Below, in pieces: positions 1 to 9,196 of a stretch of DNA of 64,000 nt. The stretch is taken from assembly GCA_045576075.1 (NCBI GenBank), contig JAZNFQ010000008.1, positions 62,283 through 126,282 of the forward strand. The letters are read 5' to 3'. Under the pieces are notes generated by a model, which was not told the origin of the DNA, searched no databases, and was given only the letters and a program-made list of their open reading frames with translations. This DNA is from Clostridia bacterium. GTDB lineage: Bacteria > Bacillota > Clostridia > Monoglobales > Monoglobaceae. A program made the position numbers and the translations under genes. How positions within the stretch are numbered: position 1 is the first letter of the stretch; every line of letters begins with the position of its first letter.

Positions 1-404
1 CGGATATAACCGAGATTGCAAAGGGTGCAGAGGCGGGCGGTGCTGATGCCCTCTCGCTTATAAACACTTTGCTTGGCATGAAGATTGATATAAATACAAG
101 ACGGCCTGTACTTAAGAATAACACGGGTGGACTATCGGGTCCGGCTATCAAGCCTGTTGCGGTGAATATGGTTCACCGCGTCTACAGAGCGGTTTCACTC
201 CCGCTTATAGGTATGGGCGGAATAGCGAGCGGAGAGGACGCAATCGAGTTTATTCTCGCGGGTGCAAGTGCGGTTTCGGTAGGTACTGCGGGATTTGTTG
301 ACCCGTATGCTTGGGTAAAGGTTATAGACGGGATTGAAAAATATCTTGATGAAAATAAAATTGCAAGTGTAGCCGATATAGTCGGTGCAGTGGAGTTATA
401 TTAA
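1..404 (+). CDS. pyrD: dihydroorotate dehydrogenase catalytic subunit (class 1B type), C-terminal fragment; 5' end lies outside the window
   Basis: The frame is open from the window edge ([26 protein letters not shown]...). Motifs [15 protein letters not shown] and IGMGGI are present. pyrE follows. Confidence 0.85.
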   Translation, partial: DITEIAKGAEAGGADALSLINTLLGMKIDINTRRPVLKNNTGGLSGPAIKPVAVNMVHRVYRAVSLPLIGMGGIASGEDAIEFILAGASAVSVGTAGFVDPYAWVKVIDGIEKYLDENKIASVADIVGAVELY

Positions 405-422
405 AAGAAAGGATGAAAACAT

Positions 423-998
423 ATGACAAACAATGAGATTATCGAAATGCTTAAAGAGGCAGAGGTATTACTAGAGGGACATTTTCTTTTGACCTCGGGC
501 AGACACAGTGACAAATATATGCAATGCGCAAAGATTTTTCAGAATGCAAAATACAGTGTTCCGCTTTGTGCAGAGCTTGTAGAAAAATATAAGGATGACA
601 ACATAGATGTTGTAATTGGACCTGCTATAGGCGCTATACAGATGTCCTATGAGGTTGGCAAACAGCTTGGTGTTAAGAACATTTTTGCCGAGCGTGAAAA
701 TGGTGAGATGACTCTCCGTCGTGGCTTTACCATTGATAAAGGACAGAGAGTTCTGATTGTAGAGGATGTTGTAACAACGGGCGGAAGCGTACGCGAGGTT
801 ATGAAGCTTGTAGAGGAATGCGGCGGCATTATCGCAGGCATTGGCTCTATCGTTGACAGAACTGGCGGTAAGATTGATTTCGGTGTGCCCTACAGAAGTG
901 CTTTCTCTATGGATATCACGTCATATGAGGCAGACGAATGCCCGATATGTAAAACAGGGGCACCCCTCGTAAAACCGGGCAGCAGAGGCACAAAGTAA
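423..998 (+). CDS. pyrE: orotate phosphoribosyltransferase
   Basis: 191 aa with PRPP-binding loop VLIVEDVVTTGGS. An RBS (aaaggatg) lies upstream. Adjacent to pyrD. Confidence 0.9.
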   Translation: MTNNEIIEMLKEAEVLLEGHFLLTSGRHSDKYMQCAKIFQNAKYSVPLCAELVEKYKDDNIDVVIGPAIGAIQMSYEVGKQLGVKNIFAERENGEMTLRRGFTIDKGQRVLIVEDVVTTGGSVREVMKLVEECGGIIAGIGSIVDRTGGKIDFGVPYRSAFSMDITSYEADECPICKTGAPLVKPGSRGTK

Positions 999-1681
999 TG
1001 AAGGAACTTCATAGCGGACACAGATCGAGAATAGACACAAAGGCACGACTTATGGGTCTTGAATTTCTTGAGGAGCATGAGCAGCTTGAAAAGCTGCTCT
1101 TTGCAGTTATACCGAGAGGAAATACGAATGAAATTGCAATCAAACTTATAAACGAGTTTGGCTCAATTTATGGTGTGCTTTGCGCTGATGTAGAACAGCT
1201 CCGCGCAGTTGATGGCGTTGGAACTCGTACGGCGGAATTTCTGCATGATATGATGCCGCTTTTGGGCATTGTCGAGCGGGCAGCAATGCAATCTAATTCG
1301 AAAAGAATTACTCTTGATACTACAGAAAAGATAGGCGAGTATGCAAAGCAGTTTTTCTACGGGAAGCTTGTTGAAAATTTGTATATGATAAGCCTGAATT
1401 CTGCAAACGAGGTAATGCGCTTTGACAAAATATCGGAGGGTACGGCGACCGCAGCAAGTGTTTCAATGCATATAATTGCAAAACGCGCAATTTTAAACGA
1501 GGCATCAGCGGTTATACTGATGCATAATCATCCGGGCGGCAGACTTGAACCCTCTATGGCGGATATAACAATGACGCGTGATGTAAAAGAGGCACTCAGC
1601 TCTCTCGGGATTTCTCTTATAGACCATATAATTGTTGCCTGCGGAAAATGGATAAGTATGAATGAAGGTAACCGAAGGTAA
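998..1681 (+). CDS. radC: RadC-family JAB/MPN domain protein
   Basis: 227 aa. The C-terminal JAB motif is ILMHNHPGG..EPS.AD. The start overlaps the pyrE stop (TAATG). Confidence 0.85.
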   Translation: MKELHSGHRSRIDTKARLMGLEFLEEHEQLEKLLFAVIPRGNTNEIAIKLINEFGSIYGVLCADVEQLRAVDGVGTRTAEFLHDMMPLLGIVERAAMQSNSKRITLDTTEKIGEYAKQFFYGKLVENLYMISLNSANEVMRFDKISEGTATAASVSMHIIAKRAILNEASAVILMHNHPGGRLEPSMADITMTRDVKEALSSLGISLIDHIIVACGKWISMNEGNRR

Positions 1682-1693
1682 GGTGAATGCTTT

Positions 1694-3025
1694 ATGAAAA
1701 AAATGATTGTATTTACATTGCTTATTGCGTTGATAATCCCGACAAATGCTCTTGCAAAAAGTGGCGATATTGCGGGGGTATATTATAGTACAGATATAAA
1801 AACAATGCTCAACGGTTACGAGATAGATGCAATCAACATAGGCGGACAGACGCTTATAAATGCCGAAGATATGCATTTTTACAGCTTTAATGTAAGGTAT
1901 TCCGATGCCGAAAGAGAACTACGGGTGGATAGGACAACATATGCCACAAACGGCGTACCGCCTACAGTTGCAAAGTCGGAGTTGCCGAGCGGGAGTATAC
2001 TCGGAAATTACTACGAAACAGATATAGTTACTTATCTTGACAGCAGACAGATTACGGCATATAATATCGGCGGCAGAACATATATCTGGGCAGAGGAAAT
2101 GCGGAATTTCGGGTATGTCGTGGATTGGTACGCAGAAGAAAGACTGCTTGATATAACATCCCCTGACAGAGCGGGATATGAATACTCGGTAAGATTATCC
2201 GAGGGCAAACCTACAACGCAAGAGGGCGTCGGCAATTTCTCGCTTGATTATACTAAAGGCGGAATTGTCGGCACAGGTGATGCCGACCATTTTAATTCGT
2301 CACTTTACTGCTCGGGTACGGGATATACTATATCAATGGCGTTTTATCAAAATACAGCCCTGTTTTATTCAAGCGGGGTTTTAGAAAAGCTCCGCAGCTA
2401 TTGCTGCGATGGTGTTGGTATAGAAACCCCTGTAGACCCAAGTTTAAAGTATGACATTATAAATCAGTCGCTTAAGATAGAGATAAACGGCTATAGAGCA
2501 CAAAATGTTGCTGTATACGGCGGGACGGGAAACGGGCACAAGGATTTTAGTATTGTTTTTGACGGAGTACCGATTTTTAAAGAGAGCGAGATAGAGTCTG
2601 TTCATTTTTCGGTTGATAAAGACGAAACGACAGAGGCGTATAATATCGCATTTACTGAAGATATCGGGGAAACCGTATCGAAAATCGCAGATAAATTAAA
2701 GGTAAACTTTGATGACCATATGCGGACATATTACAGCTCTGATGACTATTTCGTGATTATCTATCGTGAGATACCATCCTTTGGCGTATGTCATAACAGA
2801 TTATATCTTGTAGACAGGACGGATAATAAAGTATTATATGATGTTTTAGAAAAGGTCAGGGAAATTGACGGATATAACTATGATGAGCTGAACCCATTTG
2901 ATGTTAAGATTGGTGCGGTACCCGATAACATCTTCTTTGCTTGCCAATCCCCCGAAAAGAACGGGAATTTCTATGTGGAGGCAAAGACGGGTATAGTACA
3001 TCTTATTTCGGAGTATGACAGATAG
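1694..3025 (+). CDS. secreted protein of unknown function with two tandem ~50-aa N-terminal repeats
   Basis: 443 aa with signal peptide MKKMIVFTLLIALIIPTNALA. The repeats are GVYYSTDIKTMLNGYEIDAINIGGQTLINAEDM and GNYYETDIVTYLDSRQITAYNIGGRTYIWAEEM. I recognise no family for the remaining ~280 aa. Confidence 0.6.
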   Translation: MKKMIVFTLLIALIIPTNALAKSGDIAGVYYSTDIKTMLNGYEIDAINIGGQTLINAEDMHFYSFNVRYSDAERELRVDRTTYATNGVPPTVAKSELPSGSILGNYYETDIVTYLDSRQITAYNIGGRTYIWAEEMRNFGYVVDWYAEERLLDITSPDRAGYEYSVRLSEGKPTTQEGVGNFSLDYTKGGIVGTGDADHFNSSLYCSGTGYTISMAFYQNTALFYSSGVLEKLRSYCCDGVGIETPVDPSLKYDIINQSLKIEINGYRAQNVAVYGGTGNGHKDFSIVFDGVPIFKESEIESVHFSVDKDETTEAYNIAFTEDIGETVSKIADKLKVNFDDHMRTYYSSDDYFVIIYREIPSFGVCHNRLYLVDRTDNKVLYDVLEKVREIDGYNYDELNPFDVKIGAVPDNIFFACQSPEKNGNFYVEAKTGIVHLISEYDR

Positions 3026-3039
3026 GAGGGGCTTTGTAT

Positions 3040-3714
3040 ATGAAAAAGATATTGGTAATATTTTTAATTTTGGCGTCCCTTTCAACAACGGCGTTTGCAG
3101 ACACAATTTCCGAAGAATATGAGGTCGATGCCCCATCCCAGTGGGCTGAGGCTGCAGTTAATACTGCAATTAAAAATCAGCTTGTGCCTGAAAGCTTGCA
3201 GGAAAATTACAGGGAGCGTATTACAAGAGAGCAATTTTGTGAACTTGCGTTTGAGTTACTGCGGCGCAATACTGATGGGGCTGCATCCTTTGGCGTAATC
3301 GAAAGCGCCTTTCCTGATACTGACAATGTAAAGGTAAATTATTTACATTATCTCGGGATAATAGACGGTAGGGCAGGATGGTCGCGCGGACTGGGATATC
3401 ACATAGTATTTGAACCCGAAGCCCCAATACATCGTCAGGAGGCTGCGAAAATTTTGGATAAGATTTATGATATACTTATTCCAAATGAGGAGAGAAACGA
3501 AACTCCGACAGTTTTATATACTGATGATGCCGAAATAGAGGATTGGGCGCGCGGATGTGTCTACAGTATAACGAACTGCGGTATAATGAACGGCTCGGGC
3601 AAGTTTGAAATAAACGGAGTGGAGTATAATCCGTTCGGACCATACGAGGGTTACACAGTTGAACAGGCAATAGTGACGATGCAGCGCCTTGAGATGCGTA
3701 TGCCGCTGAATTAA
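3040..3714 (+). CDS. secreted protein with three SLH-like (S-layer homology) repeats
   Basis: Signal peptide MKKILVIFLILASLSTTAFA. There are three segments of the SLH pattern (..WA..AV......L.P......ITR.QF; FPD....V..L..LGII.G....F.P...I.RQEAA; Y.D...I.DWA...V....GIM.G). An AGGAGG RBS lies 10 nt before the ATG at 3040; the track start at 3034 is TTG. Confidence 0.55.
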   Translation: MKKILVIFLILASLSTTAFADTISEEYEVDAPSQWAEAAVNTAIKNQLVPESLQENYRERITREQFCELAFELLRRNTDGAASFGVIESAFPDTDNVKVNYLHYLGIIDGRAGWSRGLGYHIVFEPEAPIHRQEAAKILDKIYDILIPNEERNETPTVLYTDDAEIEDWARGCVYSITNCGIMNGSGKFEINGVEYNPFGPYEGYTVEQAIVTMQRLEMRMPLN

Positions 3715-3730
3715 TAATTTTGCAAAGAGA

Positions 3731-3950
3731 TTGCATTCGCTACGCCTTGCCCTGTTCCGCTCGCCCACCCGAGCGGAATCGATTTCTGCTCCGCAGAAAC
3801 GATTGGGGCGTTGCCCCAAACCCCATAAATACAGGGTTTTAAAGGGGCAGAGCCCCTTTATCCGAGTTTCACGAAGTGAAACGATGGACTGCGGCAGGGT
3901 CTGGCTGACGCAACAGGGTTCGGCCACACATATGCGAAGTATTTGCTAAA
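3731..3950. repeat. GC-rich hairpin-array intergenic repeat (element A)
   Basis: Six consecutive short GC-rich hairpins lie between 3755 and 3882: TTCCGCTC/GAGCGGAA, AATCG(A)TTTCTGC/GCAGAAACGATT, GGGGC/GCCCC, AAACCC/GGGTTT, AAAGGGGC/GCCCCTTT, GTTTCAC-GAA-GTGAAAC. It shares the 12-mer CGTTTCTGCGGA (inverted) with element B. Confidence 0.6.
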
Positions 3951-3972
3951 ATAGGACTTATATATAATTTGG

Positions 3973-4011
3973 GACGATACGATAAATGATTTTATCGTGT
4001 CGTCTTTTTTT
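3973..4011 (+). terminator. intrinsic terminator downstream of the SLH gene and element A
   Basis: 14-bp stem GACGATACGATAAA/TTTATCGTGTCGTC (one G.U), a 4-nt loop, then 7 T. Confidence 0.8.
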
Positions 4012-4091
4012 GTGTTCTAAAGTGGGACAAATTATCATAACAATATTTACATAAAAGAAAACAATAAATACAAGTAAAGGAGAAATTTGAC

Positions 4092-5021
4092 GTGGAGAAA
4101 CAAAGGATTTCTGAGGTGCTTCCATATCTTCCAAATCGTATCCGCTTTCTGATTACAGAACTAATAGGCGCAGAATGGATAGAAATAGAAGAGATACGTA
4201 TCAGGGCTGACGCCCCGCTGACTGTAGGGGTATGGGGAGAGAGCTGTTTTGTTACACCTGCGGGAGGAATTACAAATCATGAAAGTGATGCTTATAAGAT
4301 TACGACAGAAGAGGTCCAGACGGCGTTTAACGCAATCTGTGAAAACTCGGTATATGCCCATTTGGAAGAGCTTCGCTCGGGATTTATTACCATTAAAGGC
4401 GGTCACCGTGTCGGTGTTTGCGGAAAGGCGGTCTGTGAGGGAGGAAGAATAAAAACTTTTAAAGAGATAAGCTCGCTGAACTTCAGAATTGCACATCAGA
4501 TTATCGGGATTGCCGATGGGATAATCGACAGCATAATAAAAAACGGAGAGGTTGTCAGTACTCTTATAATTTCACCTCCGCAAATGGGAAAGACGACGCT
4601 TCTTCGGGATATAATGAGGCAGATTTCAAACCGCGGATTTAAGTGCGGGGTGGCAGATGACAGAGGCGAACTCGCGGCAATGTATTGCGGAATTCCTTCT
4701 AATTTGGTGGGTGCACAAACCGATGTGATAGACGGTGCGCCCAAGGCAGAGGCGATAGAAATGCTGCTTCGTACAATGTCACCAAAAGTAATAATAAGCG
4801 ATGAAATTGCATCGGAAAGGGATGTTGCAGCACTCAGACGGGCATCGGGAGCGGGGGTCGCAATTATTGCGACTGCTCACGGCACATCTGTTGAAGAGGT
4901 AATGCGGCGCAATATTTTGCTTCCTGTATTTAAGGATAAGATTTTTTCTCAAGCCATCTTTTTAAATCGCGATTTTACAACTCCTGACTGTATTACATAT
5001 ACCAAGGCGGTGAAGCTTTGA
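4092..5021 (+). CDS. spoIIIAA: stage III sporulation protein AA (ATPase)
   Basis: 309 aa with Walker A PPQMGKTTLLRD. First gene of an eight-gene spoIIIA-order cluster. GTG start. Confidence 0.9.
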   Translation: MEKQRISEVLPYLPNRIRFLITELIGAEWIEIEEIRIRADAPLTVGVWGESCFVTPAGGITNHESDAYKITTEEVQTAFNAICENSVYAHLEELRSGFITIKGGHRVGVCGKAVCEGGRIKTFKEISSLNFRIAHQIIGIADGIIDSIIKNGEVVSTLIISPPQMGKTTLLRDIMRQISNRGFKCGVADDRGELAAMYCGIPSNLVGAQTDVIDGAPKAEAIEMLLRTMSPKVIISDEIASERDVAALRRASGAGVAIIATAHGTSVEEVMRRNILLPVFKDKIFSQAIFLNRDFTTPDCITYTKAVKL

Positions 5022-5542
5022 GCGGTGCTGTCAGAATAATCGCTGCTGCCGTTGTAGTGATGGGCGGCGGATATATCGGATTATTGTTTTCATCAAGACT
5101 TGCTACTCGCGTTTCGCAGATAGAACAGCTACTGAGCGCGCTGACGCAGATTGAATTTAATATAAGCTTTTTAAAGATGCCGATAACAGGAGCTTTGTCG
5201 GCGGCGGCCTGTGGTAACAGAGGGGCAGTGGGGAGAATTTTCAGCGAAACGGCCAAGCAGATTAAGGAACTTAATATTTCCCCGTCTGTTGCCTTTGAGA
5301 GAGCGGTGATGGGAAACAGAATCAGTTTGTGCATTTTGAAAGAGGATATGGAAATTGTTTCAGAATTCACAAAAAATCTCGGCAAGGGCGATGTTGAGAG
5401 CGAGATTAATAATATAAAGGCAGCCTGTGCAAAGCTGAAGCTCGCAAAGGAAAGAGCGGAGGGTGAACTTGCACAGCGCGGAAAGCTTTGGCGGGGAATG
5501 GGGATGCTCAGCGGTATGTTTTTGGTAATACTGCTGTTTTAG
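5018..5542 (+). CDS. spoIIIAB: stage III sporulation protein AB
   Basis: 174 aa with an N-terminal TM segment. Assigned by position in the spoIIIA operon. 4-nt overlap with spoIIIAA. Confidence 0.8.
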   Translation: MSGAVRIIAAAVVVMGGGYIGLLFSSRLATRVSQIEQLLSALTQIEFNISFLKMPITGALSAAACGNRGAVGRIFSETAKQIKELNISPSVAFERAVMGNRISLCILKEDMEIVSEFTKNLGKGDVESEINNIKAACAKLKLAKERAEGELAQRGKLWRGMGMLSGMFLVILLF

Positions 5543-5553
5543 GAGGAAGATAT

Positions 5554-5751
5554 ATGGACGGAGTAGAACTGATTTTCAAGGTGGCGGCGATTGGGATTTT
5601 GGTTGCCGTTTTGAATATGCTCCTTGTCAGAGCGGGGCGAGAGGACCAGGCTATGATGACAACGATTGCAGGGCTTGTTGTGGTTTTGCTCGTAGTGGTG
5701 CAGGAAATCAGCGATTTGTTTGAAACGATAAAATCGTTGTTTGGACTTTAG
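5554..5751 (+). CDS. spoIIIAC: stage III sporulation protein AC
   Basis: 65 aa, two TM segments (MDGVELIFKVAAIGILVAVLNML..). An AGGAGGA RBS lies before the ATG at 5554. The longer track ORF (5488) overlaps spoIIIAB and is probably over-extended. Confidence 0.85.
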   Translation: MDGVELIFKVAAIGILVAVLNMLLVRAGREDQAMMTTIAGLVVVLLVVVQEISDLFETIKSLFGL

Positions 5752-5753
5752 AT

Positions 5754-6143
5754 ATGTTGATTTTCAAAATTATTGGTATAGGAGTGACGGGGGCTTTATT
5801 GTCACTCCTGCTCAAACAATATAAGCCTGAGCTTGCAATAGCCATGCCGATACTTGCGGCCGCACTTATCATAACTATGTGCGCACCTTATTTAAAATCA
5901 GTGCTTGCGATGTTCGAGGATATCGCAAATGGGGCGGGGATAGAGCTCTCGCATATGCGCATAGTTATCAAAATAACGGGCGTTGCGTACATATGTCAGT
6001 TTGCGGCAGATATTTGCAAGGATGCGGGAGAAAATGCTATTGCAGGGAAAATAGAGCTTGGAGGCAAGATTGTCATAATAACCTTGTCTGTGCCCGTTAT
6101 ATACAATCTTTTAGAGCTTGTAAGTAATATAATTAACTTTTAG
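5754..6143 (+). CDS. spoIIIAD: stage III sporulation protein AD
   Basis: 129-aa polytopic membrane protein. Assigned by operon position. Confidence 0.85.
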   Translation: MLIFKIIGIGVTGALLSLLLKQYKPELAIAMPILAAALIITMCAPYLKSVLAMFEDIANGAGIELSHMRIVIKITGVAYICQFAADICKDAGENAIAGKIELGGKIVIITLSVPVIYNLLELVSNIINF

Positions 6144-6165
6144 AAAAAAGTGTGAGGATATTGCA

Positions 6166-7353
6166 ATGAGAAATCGGATAATTCTTGCGGGTGTATTATT
6201 TTTAATATTTTGTATGGCAGAATTACCGGCAAATGCCAAAGGGGAGGACGCTACAGCCGAGGAGCAGATGCTCGACGAATATGCAAAATTTTATGGTGAT
6301 ATCTTCAAAGAAAATCTTGAAGAGGCAGGAATTGAAGATTTTTTTGAATTTGCGCCCGAGCTTGATGCAGAGGAGATTATAAAGCAGCTCAATTCAGGCA
6401 AGCTTAATCTGTCGGCGGGGGAAGTGCTTAAATATTTACTCAAGATGCTTTTGGGAGAGGTTTATTCAGGGATAAGACTTATTGCGATAATTCTTGCGCT
6501 CTCTATTCTCTCGTCATATCTTGGCGGGCTGAAGTCGGGATTTGGCGGAGAGGCAGTGGCAAAATGCGCATTTTATATGTGCTATATTATAATCGCGGGA
6601 ATTGCCTCGACTGCCTTTTATGATATCGCGCTTTGTGCAGGAAGAGCCATAGAAAATATAGGCTTCTTTATGAGGGTAATAGTTCCCGTTATGATAACCC
6701 TGCTTATGACAAGCGGGGCTGTTATATCGGCATCAACTCTTGAGCCTGCATTTCTCTCGATTGCAGAAATTGCGGTATGGGTGATAGAAACTGTGTTTAT
6801 ACCCTCTGTGATGCTATCTGCCGCGCTCAATATTGTAAATGGGATATCCGACAGATTTAAAACCGACAGAATGGTGAAGCTCTTAAATAATTCAGTAAAG
6901 TGGGGGCTTACAATTATGCTGACGATTTTTGTCAGCCTTGCAGGACTTAAAAGTATCGCTGCGTCGGGCGCAGATGGTCTGACGGTAAAGCTGGGTAAGT
7001 TTGCGACATCAAATCTTATACCTATGATTGGCGGGGTGTTGGCAGAGTCTGTAGAAACTGTTATGAACTGCAGCGTTGTAATAAAAAATTCGGTCGGCGT
7101 CCTTGGAGTTATATGTCTGATAGTGGTGGCTCTCGGACCTGTAATGAAAATCGCTGCTATGTTGATATTGTTCAGAATAACAGCGGCGGTTGCAGAGCCT
7201 GTTTCAGAGGAGAGAATAGTTGTTTGTATATCGCGTCTTGCAGATTCGGTGTCGGTACTGTTTTCGATGCTTACGGCTGTTGTGATTATGTTCATTATGG
7301 TAGTAACGATAATTATAAATTCAGGAAATACTGCCGTAATGCTTGGGAGGTAG
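6166..7353 (+). CDS. spoIIIAE: stage III sporulation protein AE
   Basis: 395 aa, with a signal/TM segment followed by multiple TM segments. Assigned by operon position. Confidence 0.85.
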   Translation: MRNRIILAGVLFLIFCMAELPANAKGEDATAEEQMLDEYAKFYGDIFKENLEEAGIEDFFEFAPELDAEEIIKQLNSGKLNLSAGEVLKYLLKMLLGEVYSGIRLIAIILALSILSSYLGGLKSGFGGEAVAKCAFYMCYIIIAGIASTAFYDIALCAGRAIENIGFFMRVIVPVMITLLMTSGAVISASTLEPAFLSIAEIAVWVIETVFIPSVMLSAALNIVNGISDRFKTDRMVKLLNNSVKWGLTIMLTIFVSLAGLKSIAASGADGLTVKLGKFATSNLIPMIGGVLAESVETVMNCSVVIKNSVGVLGVICLIVVALGPVMKIAAMLILFRITAAVAEPVSEERIVVCISRLADSVSVLFSMLTAVVIMFIMVVTIIINSGNTAVMLGR

Positions 7354-7358
7354 GTAAG

Positions 7359-7844
7359 ATGCCGGAATTTTTAAAGGCGTGGGCAATGTCGCTGTCGGGA
7401 ATAATTGTGTTTGGCTCTGTGTGCGATATGCTGCTCCCAAATGATGTATATAAAAAATACATACACCTCTGTATCGGCATTATTCTTATACTGGCACTTA
7501 TCTCACCATTTGTAGAGGGAAACTTTGAAATCGAGGCGTCTCTGCCCGTATTCTCCGAAGAGTATGATATAAAGGCAGAGGGGCAGGAGAGAGAGGCGGT
7601 GCTCAGGGTTTATAAAAGTAAGCTGTCTGAAAAGATGAAGGCGGATATAGAGGGGATTGCGGGTGTTGATTTCGACATAAGATGCGAAATAAATGAAGAG
7701 GAAGAAAGCTTTGGAGAAATAGAAGAAATTCGGATAATCGCAGATGCCAAGAATGGCGTCAGGATAAATGAGAGGGCGATTGAGATAATATGCGACAGGT
7801 ATGGTGTCAGCAGAGATAAGATAAGTGTTAAATATATCGCCTGA
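7359..7844 (+). CDS. spoIIIAF: stage III sporulation protein AF
   Basis: In-frame ATG at 7359 (MPEFLKAWAMSLSGIIVFGS..) just after the spoIIIAE stop. The track start at 7113 lies inside spoIIIAE. Confidence 0.8.
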   Translation: MPEFLKAWAMSLSGIIVFGSVCDMLLPNDVYKKYIHLCIGIILILALISPFVEGNFEIEASLPVFSEEYDIKAEGQEREAVLRVYKSKLSEKMKADIEGIAGVDFDIRCEINEEEESFGEIEEIRIIADAKNGVRINERAIEIICDRYGVSRDKISVKYIA

Positions 7845-7868
7845 ACCAAAAGAGGAGCCAATAAAGCT

Positions 7869-8423
7869 ATGGGATTTAGAGAAATGTTCAAACATCCGCG
7901 TGACATTGTGCCAATCGGCGACAGAAAAAAGCCGAATATGATTATCATATGGATAATAATTGCGGGTATAGTTATTCTTGCCTTCGGCGATTTTGGCGCA
8001 GAGAAGGAAGAACAGAGCGTCGATACAGAGGTGAACATACAAACGGAAATTTATGAAAAAAATCAGGCGGAGAGATTAGAAAAAATTTTGAAAAGGATTA
8101 ACGGAGCGGGAGAAGTTTCGGTTTTTATAAGCATAGAGGGCGGAGGTGAGAAAATTCTTGCGCGGGATAATAAAAGCAAAATATCCAGGGAGGAGGACGC
8201 GGACTCGACTATAAATTATGATGAGGAAAATGAAAGCGTTGTTGTGATGAGCGGAAAGGGCTCGAGCGACGAACCTTATGTGGTAGAAGAAAAGACTCCG
8301 CAGGTCGGCGGGGTTTTGGTGGTTGCAAAAGGGGCGGCTGACGAAAAGGTCAGGCTTGAAATCTATGAGGCGGTAAAGGCTGTTTACGGAATATCGGCTC
8401 ACAGAATAAGGGTTACATATTAG
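7869..8423 (+). CDS. spoIIIAG: stage III sporulation protein AG
   Basis: 184 aa with an N-terminal TM segment. The C-terminal part carries ..GGVLVVAKGA..., typical of the family. GAGGAG RBS. Confidence 0.85.
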   Translation: MGFREMFKHPRDIVPIGDRKKPNMIIIWIIIAGIVILAFGDFGAEKEEQSVDTEVNIQTEIYEKNQAERLEKILKRINGAGEVSVFISIEGGGEKILARDNKSKISREEDADSTINYDEENESVVVMSGKGSSDEPYVVEEKTPQVGGVLVVAKGAADEKVRLEIYEAVKAVYGISAHRIRVTY

Positions 8424-8452
8424 TATATATCAATCGGAAAGGAAGAGTTAAA

Positions 8453-9007
8453 ATGAACGCAAGTGGAAGGAAAAAGAAATTTCAATTCAGGGGTAAGCAG
8501 ATATTGCTGCTTGGGCTTGTTGCCTTGGTGATTACTGCGGGATATTACAGATGGACAATAGAACAGGAGAATTTCTCTGTTTCTGTTCCGACAACGGGCG
8601 AGGCTGTCCCTGAACAAACAGGGGATAATGAAAATCAGGAACAGGGCGGAAGTGAGAGTGACAGTACAGAGATTTCGGCACTGCGCAGGGATAGGGATGC
8701 GGCAAGAAGCCAATCTGTTGAGGAGTGGAAGAAACTCGCGCAAAGCTCAGAGGCCTCGGCTGATGCAAAGCGCGAGGCGGAGAAGAAAGTAACTATGGAG
8801 GCAGAAAATGCCGATAAGGAGAGAAAAATAGAAACAATGGTAAAGGCAAAGGGTTTTGAAGACTGCTTTGTATATGTAGACGACAGCGGTGTGTCCGTTA
8901 CTGTTAAGGGCGGGGATATAGACGGAGCAAAGGTTGCACAGATTAAGGATATAGTGGTTACAGAAACAAAGGTTCCTGCAAGAAATATAAAGATAAATGC
9001 AATATAA
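8453..9007 (+). CDS. spoIIIAH: stage III sporulation protein AH
   Basis: 184 aa: an N-terminal TM segment, an acidic/Lys-rich linker and a C-terminal YscJ-like fold region. Last gene of the operon. Confidence 0.8.
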   Translation: MNASGRKKKFQFRGKQILLLGLVALVITAGYYRWTIEQENFSVSVPTTGEAVPEQTGDNENQEQGGSESDSTEISALRRDRDAARSQSVEEWKKLAQSSEASADAKREAEKKVTMEAENADKERKIETMVKAKGFEDCFVYVDDSGVSVTVKGGDIDGAKVAQIKDIVVTETKVPARNIKINAI

Positions 9008-9087
9008 TGGGTCAATCGCCCGCTGCCGCGTATCTGTGCGGCGGCGGGCGTATCTGTAAAAAGATTGAAATATTTTAAAAATAAAGA

Positions 9088-9116
9088 TTGTAATATCAAA
9101 ATCTATGTGTTATACT
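9088..9116 (+). promoter_or_regulatory. predicted sigma-A promoter for the asp23-nusB-xseAB-ispA unit
   Basis: TTGTAA, 17-nt spacer, TATACT, with an upstream TGt (extended -10). Confidence 0.5.
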
Positions 9117-9196
9117 ATATGTAGTATTAGTATGCGTAGCAGAGAAGATTTTAATAAATATTAAAGCCGTACAGAGCGGCGGAATGGAGTTTTATT

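Noticed and set aside
3514-3949. Track ORFs 3514-3927 (-) and 3731-3949 (+) spanning element A
   Set aside because: They are driven open by the GC-rich hairpin repeats. There is no RBS, one overlaps the end of the SLH gene, and the peptide content mirrors the palindromes (for example KGLCPF / KGQSPF).
6618-7295. 225-aa antisense ORF inside spoIIIAE
   Set aside because: It is fully embedded opposite a well-supported membrane-protein gene. The translation is low-complexity (Ile/Thr/Ser/Ala-rich), and no RBS or promoter is visible. This is a typical shadow ORF.
5488-7358. N-terminal extensions of spoIIIAC (5488) and spoIIIAF (7113) in the ORF track
   Set aside because: The extensions lie inside the preceding genes in another frame. 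Internal ATGs at 5554 and 7359 have proper RBSs and give family-typical N-termini.
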